DNA from: an uncultured delta proteobacterium
Lineage (GTDB): Bacteria > Desulfobacterota > Binatia > UBA9968
Direction: 5' to 3'
DNA: 64,000 nt
Assembly: GCA_963804165.1 (NCBI GenBank)
Contig: CAWDPO010000019.1
Span: 32,001-96,000, forward strand
The notes under the pieces are model-generated. The model was not told where the DNA came from. It ran no database searches and saw only the letters and a list, made by a program, of their open reading frames with translations. This document shows positions 43,491 through 54,619 of the stretch, one piece after another (position 1 is the first letter of the stretch; every line of letters starts with the position of its first letter). The translations under genes were made by a program, and so were the position numbers.

Positions 43491-44436
43491 ATGAAGCCGA
43501 TACTTTTGTCCGGCGCTTTTGCTCTTGCGCTGACCGCCATCTCGTTTAACGCGACCGCCGAAGTCGTCAACATTGGGATTTCCACGGTGGGTCTTTACGA
43601 GTTGCCGACGGAAATTTCCAAGCGCAAGGGTTTCTATCAGGAAGAAGGACTTGACGTGCGCAAGATCGTGGTGCGGACGCCGCTCCACGTCGCGGCGCTG
43701 CTCGCGGGCGAGTTGGACTATTCGACCGTAACGGGAATCATTTTGAGCGCCAGCGTGCAGGGAATGCCTCTCAAGTCGGTTATGGGGTGGTTCGACAAAC
43801 CGCTGCATATGCTGATCGCCCGTCCGAATATTAAAAAGATCACCGATCTCAAGGACAAAAAGGTTGCCGTAAGCACCTATGGGTCGATCCCCCACGTCAT
43901 GCTGCGCGAGGCGCTCGCCGCCCCCGGCATGAATCCGGAAAAGGATATCACCGTGCTTGCCCTCGGCGGCTCGGGAGACAGACTGGCGGCGTTGGCGGCG
44001 GGTATTGTCGATGCAACGCCGCTGGATGTGGCCTACATTCAGCGAACCGAAAAACTCGCTTCAATAATCTGCTCTATCTCGGCGACGTCGTAAACCTGCG
44101 TCTTGGCGGCTTCGCCGTCAATACGGACAAGATTCAGCGCCATCCAGAACAAATTTCACGAGTAGTCCGGGCTACGCTGAAAGGAGTGAGGTTCCTGAAA
44201 ACCAACAAGCCGGAGCCGCTCGCGATCATGCGCGACTACCTCAAAATAAGCGGCGATTACGTGGAAAAGATTTACCAGTTCGCCATGAGATCACTCAATG
44301 AGGATGGCCTCGTTGCGAAGAACAGTTTGGATAACGAGATCCGTCTGGCGCGAGAGCAGCTCAAAATCAAGAACAAGTCCCCGAATCCAAGGTCGCCGAA
44401 TGGAAATTTATCAAGGAGATTCTCGCTAAACGATAA
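43491..44436 (+). CDS. SsuA/THI5-family substrate-binding protein, two apparent frameshifts (~44060, ~44370)
   Basis: Signal peptide, KGFYQEEGLD, DLKDKKVAVS, RLAAL; reading continues in other frames to KEILAKR*. Confidence 0.8.
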
Positions 44437-44477
44437 CCCTACAACTCCGCGACGCGAATCGGTGAATCCGCATAGTG

Positions 44478-44537
44478 AATCCGGGATCCGGAATCCGTGT
44501 CAGGCTTGACAGATTGACAGATTGACAGATAGGAAAC
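44478..44537 (+). repeat. AATCC...GTGTCAGGCTTGACAG(ATTGACAG)n ATAGGAAAC motif, copy 1
   Basis: Second direct copy at ~48335-48397. Confidence 0.85.
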
Positions 44538-44542
44538 CAAGT

Positions 44543-44688
44543 ATCAGGCGGGCGCCAAGGTTATTGAAAGTCCGGTGGAACGTATGGGCGGGCGCGACAA
44601 TGGTCGCGCGAAGGGCACAAGCCTCTACGTCGTGACCCCGATTCCAACCTCCTAGAATTCATTATCTATTCGGACGGAGGAGCCGTCT
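44543..44688 (+). pseudogene. Diverged 3' fragment of the VOC gene at 49346..49759
   Basis: Aligns by eye to 49611-49757 (atcaggcgggcgccaaggttattgaa...ccgtct) with scattered substitutions. Confidence 0.85.
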
Positions 44689-45415
44689 GGCAGCACGTTG
44701 GAGCCGAATACGGCGGCTGCTAGCCTTGAGGCATCTAAGCGAATACCGAAGCTCTGGTAAAGGGCGTTAGCTTGCAGCCCGTCGCGAATCTGAAGTATCA
44801 GAGAAAAATTTCTCCCTTGGGTCGAATGACAATGCGTGCACTTTGCGCGGGTTACTCTCCGGCCTGCTTCTTTATTTTACGTTTCTTGCTTTAAATCTCT
44901 TTCCCCGTCTTGCGGCTCCGCCGCGCCAAGCTCTTCGTGCTCTATCCGCGTCTGCCTCGGCGCCGAAGCCGAGCACGGTCGAAATATTTTGCAGCTTCAC
45001 ATTGCCGACGCCGGTTCGACATTTTCCTCACTTCGCGGGGAATCCGATCGTAAATTCCTAACGGGAGACAAGAAGCCGAATATCCACGCAAGGAGGGCAT
45101 ATATAAAGGAGCGATATAAATCTATTCGCAAATTAAGCAGTGCCAGCAGCGGCACGTGCCGAACGCTCTTATTGAACGGCAGCAGATATCCAATCCGCTG
45201 GGATGTGCTGCAGCTTGATTGTCTCTGATGCGTAGATTCCCACAGTAGAAATGCCTTCTCTCAGTAACCTGTTTGGAGAGTTTTTGCCTACTGCTCTACG
45301 ACTTATGGCAAGATTGGGCAGCTTGACGAAAACCTCGCACTGTACTAGGTAGCAGAGCGGTCCATCACATAGAAGTGTAGTTGACAACTGTAAGCTAGTA
45401 GCTAGCTAGGGAACG

Positions 45416-48268
45416 ATGCAGGAGGATTTCATGTCACAGAGACCCCCCACCTTGATGCTCCCCACGTTGATGCATCTCTTCCTCGTCTACGTCCTTTTAC
45501 ATGCAATGCTAGGAACAGGTGAAACGGCTCAGGCACCGTTGCGACCAAACGACCACGTCGCTGATGAAGTCCTCGTCAGATTCAAAACAGGGATCGCCGA
45601 AACCGCTAGGAACTCGGCGCGATTAACGGTTGCCGGGACACGCCGAAAAACATTTCGTACCCTCGAAGGTTTGGAGCTTATCAAGCTTCCATCCAACCTG
45701 ACCGCGCGCGTAGCAATCGAGATTCTTCAACGACACCCAGACATTCTATACGCGGAACCGAATTACATCCTGCGAACAACTAACGTTCCGAACGACACTC
45801 GTTTTAGCGAACTTTGGGCATTAAGCAACTTCGGCCAGGCCGGGGGGACCGCAGGGGCCGATATTGAGGCGGTTGCCGCCTGGGACTTAAGCACGGGAAC
45901 CAGCAACACGATCATTGCCGTCATCGATTCGGGCGTGGACTACAACCATCCAGATCTTTCCCCGAACATGTTCCGCAATACCGCGGACTGCAACTCGAAC
46001 GGCATCGATGACGACGGCAACGGCTATATCGACGACTGTTACGGCATCGACACGGCGAATAACGATTCCAACCCCATGGATGACAACAACCACGGTACCC
46101 ACGTTGCGGGTACCATTGGCGCAGTGGGAAACAACAACCGTGGCGTCGTTGGTATTAATTGGGATGTTCGTCTCCTAGCTTGCAAATTTGTTGACTCCAG
46201 TGGTTCCGGTACGACGGGAGACGCAATCGATTGCCTCGAGTATGTGAAGATCATGAAAGATCGTGGCTACAACATTGTCGCAACGAGTAATAGCTGGGGC
46301 GGGGGAGATTACTCGCAGGCATTGTTTGACGCGATCGAGGCCCAGCACCAGCGCGGCATTTTGTTTATCTCGGCAGCGGGTAATGGAGACTTTTTTGGAT
46401 TTGGCCTCGATAATGATCAGACCAGTTTTTATCCCTGCGACTACTTCTTGCCGAACGTAATCTGCGTGGCTTCGACCACGCGCACGGACTCACGCTCAAC
46501 ATTCTCTAATTATGGTCGCCGGACGGTGCATATTGGCGCCCCCGGTAGCGACATCTTGAGCACGATACGGAACAACAGCTACTCAACATTAAGCGGCACA
46601 TCAATGGCTACGCCTCACGTGAGCGGAGTTGCCGCGTTGCTCAAGGCGCAAGAGCCAAGTCGAGATTGGAGAGCCATTAAAAATCTAATCCTTGCCGGTG
46701 GTGACAATATCGCATCGATGGAGGATACGGTTTCGCAGAAACGCCTCAATGCACGGGGTGCTTTAAGTTGTTCGACCTCTCCATTAAATTCACGACTCCG
46801 CCCTATTAACAATGCAATTGACGGGTCCGTTGGAATAACGATCAACTTGGTCGCGCTGAACATCGATTGTGCTAATCCCGCGGGCGAACTCAACGTCTCG
46901 GTAAGTCCTAGTGCCAAGACAATCACATTGCTGGATAACGGACTCGGAAACGATCAATCCGCCGGAGACGGTATTTATTCGGGGCAATGGATACCAACGA
47001 GCGATGGCGTCTTCACCTTAGCATTCTCGGGAAGCGATTCGGTAACAGTTACCGTGGCGGCCCCAAACATCAGTGTAAGCCCAAGTTCAATCAATTTTGG
47101 TACGGTTAACCTAGGTGTTCAAGTTGACAAGCCTTTTATAGTCAAGAATATCGGCGGAGGCCTGCTGGCGGGAGAAGCCAGCACCATAGCCCCGTTCAGC
47201 GTGGTATCGGGTGGCTCTTATGAATTGGGCGCCGGACAGAGCCAATCTATTGTGGTCCGCTTCGCTCCAAATGCGCTCGGAAGCTTCAGCGGCAACGTAA
47301 ATTTTTCCGGAGCGGCAGGGGATTCACGAACGGTATCCGGGACCGCCGTTAGTCCGGCAACCCTTACGGCGACGCCAACGAGCATTGGCGCCGGTGGAAC
47401 AATCACAGCGGCCTGGAGCGGGATCGCCTCTCCTACCACGCAAGACTGGATTGGTCTGTATCTCCCGAGCGCGCCTCAAGGTTCATCAACCCCGTCGCTC
47501 GCATGGCGTTATACGACAGGGGCCGCCAGCGGAAATGTCCCTTTGACTATTCCCGCCACACTCGCCCCGGGCACCTACCAGCTGCGGCTGTTCGCCAATA
47601 ACGGTTATACCCGACTCGCTGTCAGTAATTCCTTTGTCGTTGCCGCGTCGCAACCCGCGACCCTTACGGCGACGCCAACGAGCATTGGCGCCGGTGGAAC
47701 AATCACAGCGGCCTGGAGCGGGATCGCCTCCCCTACCACGAAAGACTGGATTGGTCTGTATCTCTCGAGCGCGCCTCAAGGTTCATCAACCCCGTCGCTC
47801 GCATGGCGTTATACGACAGGGGCCGCCAGCGGAAATGTCCCTTTGACTATTCCCGCCACACTCGCCCCGGGCACCTACCAGCTGCGGCTGTTCGCCAATA
47901 ACGGTTATACCCGACTCGCTGTCAGTAATTCCTTTGTCGTTACCGCGTCGCAACCCGCGACCCTTACGGCGACGCCAACGAGCATTGGCGCCGGTGGAAC
48001 AATCACAGCGGCCTGGAGCGGGATCGCCTCCCCTACCACGAAAGACTGGATTGGTCTGTATCTCCCGAGCGCGCCTCAAGGTTCATCAACCCCGTCGCTC
48101 GCATGGCGTTATACGACAGGGGCCGCCAGCGGAAATGTCCCTTTGACTATTCCCGCCACACTCGCCCCGGGCACCTACCAGCTGCGGCTGTTCGCCAATA
48201 ACGGTTATACCCGACTCGCTGTCAGTAATTCCTTTGTCGTTACATCTGCGGTTCTCGCATCTAAATAG
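45416..48268 (+). CDS. Secreted S8 subtilase with prodomain, Ig-like domains and three C-terminal 100-aa repeats
   Basis: Triad VIDSG / HGTHVAGTI / GTSMATPHV; AEPNY prodomain; DNG..D..AGDGIYS and ASH-like segments; (DWIGLY...GTYQLRLF) x3. Confidence 0.93.
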   Translation: MQEDFMSQRPPTLMLPTLMHLFLVYVLLHAMLGTGETAQAPLRPNDHVADEVLVRFKTGIAETARNSARLTVAGTRRKTFRTLEGLELIKLPSNLTARVAIEILQRHPDILYAEPNYILRTTNVPNDTRFSELWALSNFGQAGGTAGADIEAVAAWDLSTGTSNTIIAVIDSGVDYNHPDLSPNMFRNTADCNSNGIDDDGNGYIDDCYGIDTANNDSNPMDDNNHGTHVAGTIGAVGNNNRGVVGINWDVRLLACKFVDSSGSGTTGDAIDCLEYVKIMKDRGYNIVATSNSWGGGDYSQALFDAIEAQHQRGILFISAAGNGDFFGFGLDNDQTSFYPCDYFLPNVICVASTTRTDSRSTFSNYGRRTVHIGAPGSDILSTIRNNSYSTLSGTSMATPHVSGVAALLKAQEPSRDWRAIKNLILAGGDNIASMEDTVSQKRLNARGALSCSTSPLNSRLRPINNAIDGSVGITINLVALNIDCANPAGELNVSVSPSAKTITLLDNGLGNDQSAGDGIYSGQWIPTSDGVFTLAFSGSDSVTVTVAAPNISVSPSSINFGTVNLGVQVDKPFIVKNIGGGLLAGEASTIAPFSVVSGGSYELGAGQSQSIVVRFAPNALGSFSGNVNFSGAAGDSRTVSGTAVSPATLTATPTSIGAGGTITAAWSGIASPTTQDWIGLYLPSAPQGSSTPSLAWRYTTGAASGNVPLTIPATLAPGTYQLRLFANNGYTRLAVSNSFVVAASQPATLTATPTSIGAGGTITAAWSGIASPTTKDWIGLYLSSAPQGSSTPSLAWRYTTGAASGNVPLTIPATLAPGTYQLRLFANNGYTRLAVSNSFVVTASQPATLTATPTSIGAGGTITAAWSGIASPTTKDWIGLYLPSAPQGSSTPSLAWRYTTGAASGNVPLTIPATLAPGTYQLRLFANNGYTRLAVSNSFVVTSAVLASK
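47360..48243 (+). repeat. Three near-identical 300-bp tandem repeats within the subtilase
   Basis: Units start 47360, 47660, 47960; only a few substitutions seen (47431, 47441, 47642, 47765). Confidence 0.97.
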
Positions 48269-48279
48269 GCTGAAAAAAT

Positions 48280-48305
48280 GAAGGGACGGCTTTAGCCGTC
48301 CCTTC
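48280..48305. terminator. Stem-loop downstream of subtilase
   Basis: GAAGGGACGGCT-TT-AGCCGTCCCTTC preceded by an A run. Confidence 0.6.
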
Positions 48306-48334
48306 CGGCAAATAGAGTGGCGTCTGCACACGTG

Positions 48335-48397
48335 AAATCCGAAATCCGAAATCCGCGAAATCCGTGTCAGGCTTGACAGATTGACAGATAGGAAACA
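48335..48397 (+). repeat. AATCC...GTGTCAGGCTTGACAGATTGACAGATAGGAAAC motif, copy 2
   Basis: Matches 44478-44537 with one fewer ATTGACAG unit. Confidence 0.85.
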
Positions 48398-48603
48398 TGG
48401 ACCGATCGTGAGACACGCAATCAAGCCGCGTCCGCCACATGTTCACATTGATGCAAGAATTGGCTAAATAAACTCTCTTTACATCATCTTAAACGAACTT
48501 CGCCCCGATCATCCTTCTCCGCGATTCAGCCGGGTTGTTGGGACTGTTGCGCGCGACTGCCGGGATGAAATAAATATTGTCGGGATTTTCTCTCAATTGA
48601 ATT

Positions 48604-49029
48604 ATGAGTAAGTGGATTTGGCTGTTAACTCCGTTGATTTTCGCTGCGACCGTCAACGGTTGCCGGGAAAATGCCGAATCCTTTTTTTCCGGACGGCCAT
48701 CGGGAATGGCTATGACGCATAACCGTGTGCTCGATGGCTCAGTCGAATCGATGGTGGAATTGCTGAGAATCCCACAACGTTTCCCGGACGCGAACGAATC
48801 ACACAAGTTGAACTGGCAGGAGTCGGCGATCGCCTGGTGGCGCTCGGGGACCGGGCACGGGGCATTTCTTGCAGCTCTACCGAAGTTAACAGAGCAAGAA
48901 TTTCAGAGCCTCGAGAACTGGGTGGCAACACGAGACGACTCAAGGACACAGCAGAAATCCGCGACTTTGGATGAGATCAAAGTTGCGATAAGCGCAGTGC
49001 GTGCGCGCGGGGTCGGTGCTGGTGGCTGA
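48604..49029 (+). CDS. Hypothetical putative lipoprotein
   Basis: MSKWIWLLTPLIFAATVNGC lipobox-like signal. Confidence 0.55.
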   Translation: MSKWIWLLTPLIFAATVNGCRENAESFFSGRPSGMAMTHNRVLDGSVESMVELLRIPQRFPDANESHKLNWQESAIAWWRSGTGHGAFLAALPKLTEQEFQSLENWVATRDDSRTQQKSATLDEIKVAISAVRARGVGAGG

Positions 49030-49345
49030 TGCGCTTACAGGAACACGGCCGTAACGAGCCGCTCAATCGGATCACAGAATTCGCCGACTCCGGCCCGCGA
49101 GGCCAGGGAAGACGTAATCGAAATCATGCCAATCCATGTCGTGTGGCCCTTGAAATTCATATTCTTCGACGACCTGGAATCTCCTGAAACCCGTTGTTCA
49201 GTCGCGGGATCTCAGCAACGTTTGCAAGGCACGGGTCCCTGTAGAAGCAGTTGGCGTAACGTTGCTAAGAGTGGTTATGTGCAGAGGTTTCGCGTTCTAT
49301 ACGAAGCTAGACAGTTCTGGTTAGATGATACTGGGGGGCGCTACC

Positions 49346-49759
49346 ATGACAATTCGAAGCTTTGATCATGTTGCGATACCGATTCAGAATACCGATGCCA
49401 TGCTAACTTTCTACCGCGCGCTTGGATTCGGCGTGAATGAAAGGGAGCAGTTTTATTCGGTCCATTTCGGCGATCAGAAGATCAATTTTCACGGCCCCGA
49501 GAGATGGCAAAGCGGACGGTTCACATTGCGCGGCCCGACCGCCGTGCCCGGCTGTGGCGACTTCTGTTTCGTGTGGGAAGGTTCAGCCGAGTCGTTGCGA
49601 ACGATGCTCGATCAGGCGGGCGCCAAGGTTATTGAAGGTCCGGTGGAACGTATGGGCGGGCGGAACAACGGTCGCGCCAAGGGCACAAGCCTCTACGTGC
49701 GCGATCCCGACTCCAATCTCCTAGAGTTTATGATCTACTCGGGCGGCAGCTCCGTCTAA
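49346..49759 (+). CDS. VOC/glyoxalase family protein
   Basis: FDHVAI, FY--LG, QKINFH, SLYVRDPD-NLLEF. Confidence 0.9.
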   Translation: MTIRSFDHVAIPIQNTDAMLTFYRALGFGVNEREQFYSVHFGDQKINFHGPERWQSGRFTLRGPTAVPGCGDFCFVWEGSAESLRTMLDQAGAKVIEGPVERMGGRNNGRAKGTSLYVRDPDSNLLEFMIYSGGSSV

Positions 49760-49994
49760 ACATCACGCTAGAGCGGAAACGCGTCGCTCTACTCCTGCGG
49801 AAATCGCCCGCGTCCATTTGCACAGTTTGCCGGAGTTTACTTTGATCGCAGATATATGCCGAAATTGTCGCGAAGGATATTCGGCTAAAGTTATCAAAAC
49901 ACGGAATAAGATGAACCGACAGATCAAACATAGCGCAATCCGTCCTATAGGAGATGCGCCCATTGAGCTATGAACCTGAGCAGGAGACCGAATC

Positions 49995-51157
49995 ATGAAA
50001 CATAGCACAGATCACATTCTCACTACTCACTGCGGCAGTTTGGCACGGCCAAAGGATCTACTCGATCTCTTGAAAGCCAAGCTGAACAACGAACCATACG
50101 ATCACAGAACCTACGACGAGCGTGTTCAAATCGCGGTGTCAGACGTTGTCCGCAAGCAGGTCGAGAGCGGCATCGACGTCGTCACTGACGGCGAGCAAGG
50201 CAAACCTGGGTTCTTTGCTTACGTGCGCGAGCGGCTTGCCGGCTTTGAAGCGAAGACGCCGCCGGTTGGTGGTTGGAAGCAGTGGGCCGCGGAAGTGGCG
50301 GCGTTTCCTGAATATTACGAAAATTATTTTAAGCGGCGCATGATGGGCGGCAGCATCGCACCGCGCGCGCCGATGGTGTGCACCGGTCCGATCAGCTATC
50401 GCGGTCAAGACGCGCTTCAAAAAGACATTAGAAATCTCAAAGCTGCGCTCATGGGATTAAAAGCCGCGGACGCCTTCATGCCGGCTGTGGCGCCGAGCGG
50501 AGTCGGAAAAAACGAGTATTACCGGAGCGACGAAGAGTATTTGCAAGCGGTCGGCGACGCGCTGCGGGTTGAATACCAGGCGATCGTTGACGCCGGCTTC
50601 ATCCTGCAGATCGATGACCCATGGCTCACGGAAGTGCATAGCCAGGATCCATCGTTGAGCTTCGCCGAACGACGCAAGTTGGCGGAGAGATCCATCGAGG
50701 CGCTGAATCATGCGATTCGTGACATCCCGCCTGACAAGATCCGTTTTCACACTTGCTACGGTATCAACGAAGGACCGCGGGTGCACGACGCGCCGCTGAA
50801 AGACATCGTGGATCTCATTTTAAAAGTAAACGCCGGCGCCTACGCGTTCGAAGCCGCAAATGCGCGCCACGAGCACGAGTACCACGTCTGGGAAACTTCG
50901 AAGCTGCCGGAAGGCAAGGTGCTCATCCCTGGAGTCATTACCCATGCGAGCAATATCGTCGAACATCCGGAGCTCATCGCCGAGCGAATCATGCGCTACG
51001 CCAAACTTGTCGGCCGCGAGAACGTGATCGCCGGAAGCGATTGCGGCTTTTCGTCTCAGGCGATTACAACCCCGAAGTTCACCCGAGTGTGGTATGGGCG
51101 AAATTCCAAGCCATGGCCGAAGGCTGCCGCCTGGCGACGCAGCGGCTCTGGCGGTAA
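49995..51157 (+). CDS. Cobalamin-independent methionine synthase II-like protein (frameshift ~51062)
   Basis: TTHCGSLARP, TDGEQGK, LQIDDP, HTCYG, EAAN, DCGF; C-terminus VHPSVVWAKF in alternate frame. Confidence 0.88.
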
Positions 51158-51247
51158 GTGCGCCGCCGGTCCTGAATCACTTCGTCGACAGCAAGCCGTG
51201 GTGTTTGCCGTCTTGCGCGTGCGGATCCAGATGAAATAATCGAAATC

Positions 51248-51636
51248 ATGGCGATTCGCATCGTACGCCTCGGAACCGCCCGTCATTCAAAGGAGGGGGT
51301 GCGCATTGGCACCGTGCCCGCCCACCGCGTGGCGTGCGCAAAGCCGATTATGCGCGTCGTAACTATTTCGATGTGTGGTTGCCGGAGTTGGCGCCGAGCG
51401 CCCCGCTGGTATCGTACGCGCTTTCTGAGCCGTTCACGCCGAAGCGCTGGGCCCTCTACGCACGGCGGTATCGGCGCGAGATGGCTCAGCCCGCTGCCAA
51501 GCGCGTCATCGCACTACTGGCCGAACTATCGCGTCAGACCAACTTTTCGGTAGGCTGCTACTGCGAAGATGAGACCCACTGTCATCGGTCAGTGTTAAAA
51601 AAACTCTTGATCGAGCACGGCGCACAAATTGCGTAG
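51248..51636 (+). CDS. DUF488 family protein (frameshift ~51320)
   Basis: EG-RIGTV, DVWLPELAPS, Y-REM, CYCEDETHCHRS. Confidence 0.8.
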
Positions 51637-51668
51637 CGTGCTTCAGCCGTGCAAATCGTTCTAGATGA

Positions 51669-51725
51669 AGGGGCGACCGCCGGTCGCCCCTACGGTCAGA
51701 AAAAAGAGGCACGGCATACCGTGCC
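51669..51725. repeat. Two GTAG-type REP-like palindromes
   Basis: AGGGGCGACCG-C-CGGTCGCCCCTAC and GGCACGG-CATA-CCGTGCC between convergent genes. Confidence 0.7.
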
Positions 51726-51857
51726 CCACTGTAGTACAAACCAGAATCCATCGCTCAGTCGTGAGTCCGCCTCGAACCCTATCACGACAAGCCGTGCTGC
51801 AAAACTCAATGAGTCTGGATATTCTTCGCCCACTCGCGCTGTGTATCGTCGCCACGC

Positions 51858-53422
51858 TCAGACAAAGAGATGCTTCACGTGTTCGGCCAGACGAAGCGAG
51901 AGGGCCACGATGGTGAGGGTCGGATTCGCCGCACCCGAGGTGGGAAACACGGAACTCCCCACCACGTACAGATTGGCGATCCCATGGACCCGCCCGTCTG
52001 GATCGACGACCCCACGGCGAGGATCAGAATGCATGCGGGTTGTGCCCATGTGGTGACGGGCCCCCCGCAAGCCCGACGGCCACGGATCATCTTCCCTGCC
52101 AAGCGAACTCTGCAGGCGGCCGATCCCGGCTCGCCGTAACTCCTCGCCCAAGATTTCGTGTGCCCGGTGCGCGGTGTGCTTGTCGATGGCGCTTAGGCTG
52201 CCACCGTAGCACGACACGCGGAGAGCCAAGGCTGTCCCGGTCGTGGCCGAGCACGACCCGGCTTTCCGGGTTCGGCGCCTGCTCCATGACGTTTTTCACG
52301 AGGTAGAATCGCAGCAGCCGCTTGCCCCCGTCGATCTTCAAGCGCGCGGTCGCCACAACGCCGATGTGCCCTATGATATTTCGCAAATGAGCCAGCGCCT
52401 CAGTGGGTATCCGTCTCTGGCGAAACGTTCCTATAAACGATCGGCAGTCGCAAAGGCCTCACGCAGCGATTCTTCATCGAGAACGGCGCAATAGTTTGTC
52501 AATCGCTCCCGTCGTCGGAGATCGGGATTCAGTCCCAGTATACCCCGCACCCATCGACCTTCGGACTGCCGCCCGAAGGTGTAGAAATCGCTGATGCTTC
52601 CGTCGCGAGCTCGAACGGTGGCAGCGCGATCAAGATACACATGCTCCATGAAATAGCGACCGACTAAGTCGTATGTGTTTCCAAGCCCAGCCGACTGCAC
52701 CTTATTCGCCATCAGCAGGAGCCGAGCATTTTCGATCCCCCCGGCGGCAAGTATGAAAACGCGGGCTGCAACCCGAAACCTGTTTCCTGACAAACATGCG
52801 ACTTTGACCGCGGTAACTCGGGCCGGAGGTGTTGGGGTCTCCAGATCGACGACATTCGCTCCCAGGTACGTGTCGACATTGGTCGCCTGCGCGATTCTTC
52901 CCGATAGACTTCGCCGAAACGAGTGGGAGGGCTGTAATGGAAGGCGTGAGTGCAAACACTCTCGCTTTGAAAGGCGATGGGTCGCACACCGCGCTCGCGC
53001 CAATCGGCGACGCTGTAGGCGAACGGCCCGAGCTGGCAAAGGGCTTGTGCCTTCTCGTAAAACGGAAGAAGGTGAGCGAAGTCGAAGGGCCAGCCGCTGT
53101 CGGAAACCCAATCGCGTTGCTCGAAGTCCTGCGCGTCAAGCGGTCGGCATTCGCCAGTCCATTCGTTGGTCGAGCCACCGAAATAGCGGGTCCGGGTACG
53201 AACCGACCCCAGGGGGAAATACGACCTTGCTTTTACCTCGCCGGCGTAGAGTGACTGGGTTGCCTCATCGGGACTAAGCCAACCGCTCTCGAGAAGGGTC
53301 ACGCGCAAAGGCAAGGCCCGGAGATCACGGGCAATGGTGATACCCGCCGCCCCGGCGCCAACAATGCAAACGTCGGACTCGATCAGTGATCCGTCGGGAA
53401 GAGCGCGCGAGTCGACAAACAT
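51858..53422 (-). CDS. GMC-family flavoprotein oxidoreductase, about three apparent frameshifts
   Basis: IVGAGAAG, GGSTN-W, AAGGIENARLL, GRYFMEH, EQAPNPESRV, HHMGTTRM, ANPTLT. Confidence 0.88.
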
Positions 53423-53476
53423 CGAGAATGAAATGTCGATTTGACAGTTGGCTATGGTCGCTCGCTTGTTGGCTTC

Positions 53477-54491
53477 CTAATCCAACCACATGAGCTTCGC
53501 CGGATTATCCTGCAACATCAGCTTAACTTCTTCCGGCCTGATGCCGAATCCCAACAACGCGCGAATGAAGACGCGCATGCCGTCGACGGCATCCATGTGC
53601 AGCACCTGACCAAAGTCGCTGCCGATAATGCAACGGTCCGGACCGATTTCTTTGATGGTGCGAATGGTTTCCATCGGATCCGCGACTGGCTGATATAAGC
53701 TTGGAATCATCGGCTGGCAGTAAGTGCCGACGTAAACACCGAGGTCCCGCAGCTGCTTCATTTCGTCGAGCAAGAGCTTGTTTAATTCAAGCAGCGGATG
53801 ATCGAGCGTGGCGCGGACGCCGATTTCTTTTGCGAGTCTTGCCAGCGGCAACAATTCCTGAAAATCCGTGTGCCCGAAGCCGATACCGACTTTATTCTCC
53901 GCCGCCATTTCCATGATCGCTTTCACTTCCGGCAGAACTTTGCCGTCCTCGCCGCAGAGGCGCACGCCTTCATGATCCGGGTGACCGGCACTGCGCCAGA
54001 ATCCGTAGGAAGTAAACGATGGGAACCATATCATTTTGAAATTTGGATACTGCAGTCCGACGCGCACATAATCCGGCCGCATGCCGAAACAGATCCCGAC
54101 GCCGCCATAGACTTCGACGCGATGGGTGAATTCGCCTCTCGCGATCATATCGTCGATGTGGCGTTGGGTCAGATAAGCGGAAGTTGCGCTAATATTCCAA
54201 TGATCTTTGAACGCGATGGCGCGCATGCCGCATCTTCGACGCCTCGATGGCGATCTGAATCATGTCCTGCGAGCGATGCACGAAGTCCGGAAAGGCATGG
54301 ATATGGCAATCGATCGCGCCCTGAAGCAATTCGTTTTCGATCCCGGGATAAATCTTGAGCATCTCCGGGTTGTCTTTGAGCATCTGATAAAAATAATCTT
54401 TGGCGTTGAGCTCGCGCACCCGCGCGACGCTCAAGGTTCGGCCGACCATCAATTCCTCGGCGGCTTTCGCATCTGCGGCAAAATCACACAT
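53477..54491 (-). CDS. DUF6282 / PHP-amidohydrolase-like protein (frameshift ~54230)
   Basis: GAIDCHIHAFPD, RAIAFKDH, GH, DHP, SDFGQ, NPAKL. Confidence 0.75.
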
Positions 54492-54516
54492 AAAAATCTC
54501 CCTTCGGTCGTTTTTA

Positions 54517-54604
54517 GTTCAAAGTTCCAGGTTCAATGTTCAACGTTGAGATCAGTCAAGCGGTTTTCAGTCTGACTTTGAACCTTGAACGTTGAACCTT
54601 GAAC
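54517..54604. repeat. Inverted arrays of 7-nt GTTCAAR/YTTGAAC units
   Basis: gttcaaagttccaggttcaatgttcaacgtt ... actttgaaccttgaacgttgaaccttgaac. Confidence 0.8.
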
Positions 54605-54619
54605 GGCGCCTTGCGCGCG

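Noticed and set aside
44820-45400. Short ORFs upstream of the subtilase
   Set aside because: No RBS or domain support; more likely promoter or degenerate DNA
47360-48243. 300-bp repeats as a CRISPR array or DGR template/variable repeats
   Set aside because: No spacers, all units in frame within one CDS, no reverse transcriptase or cas genes in the window
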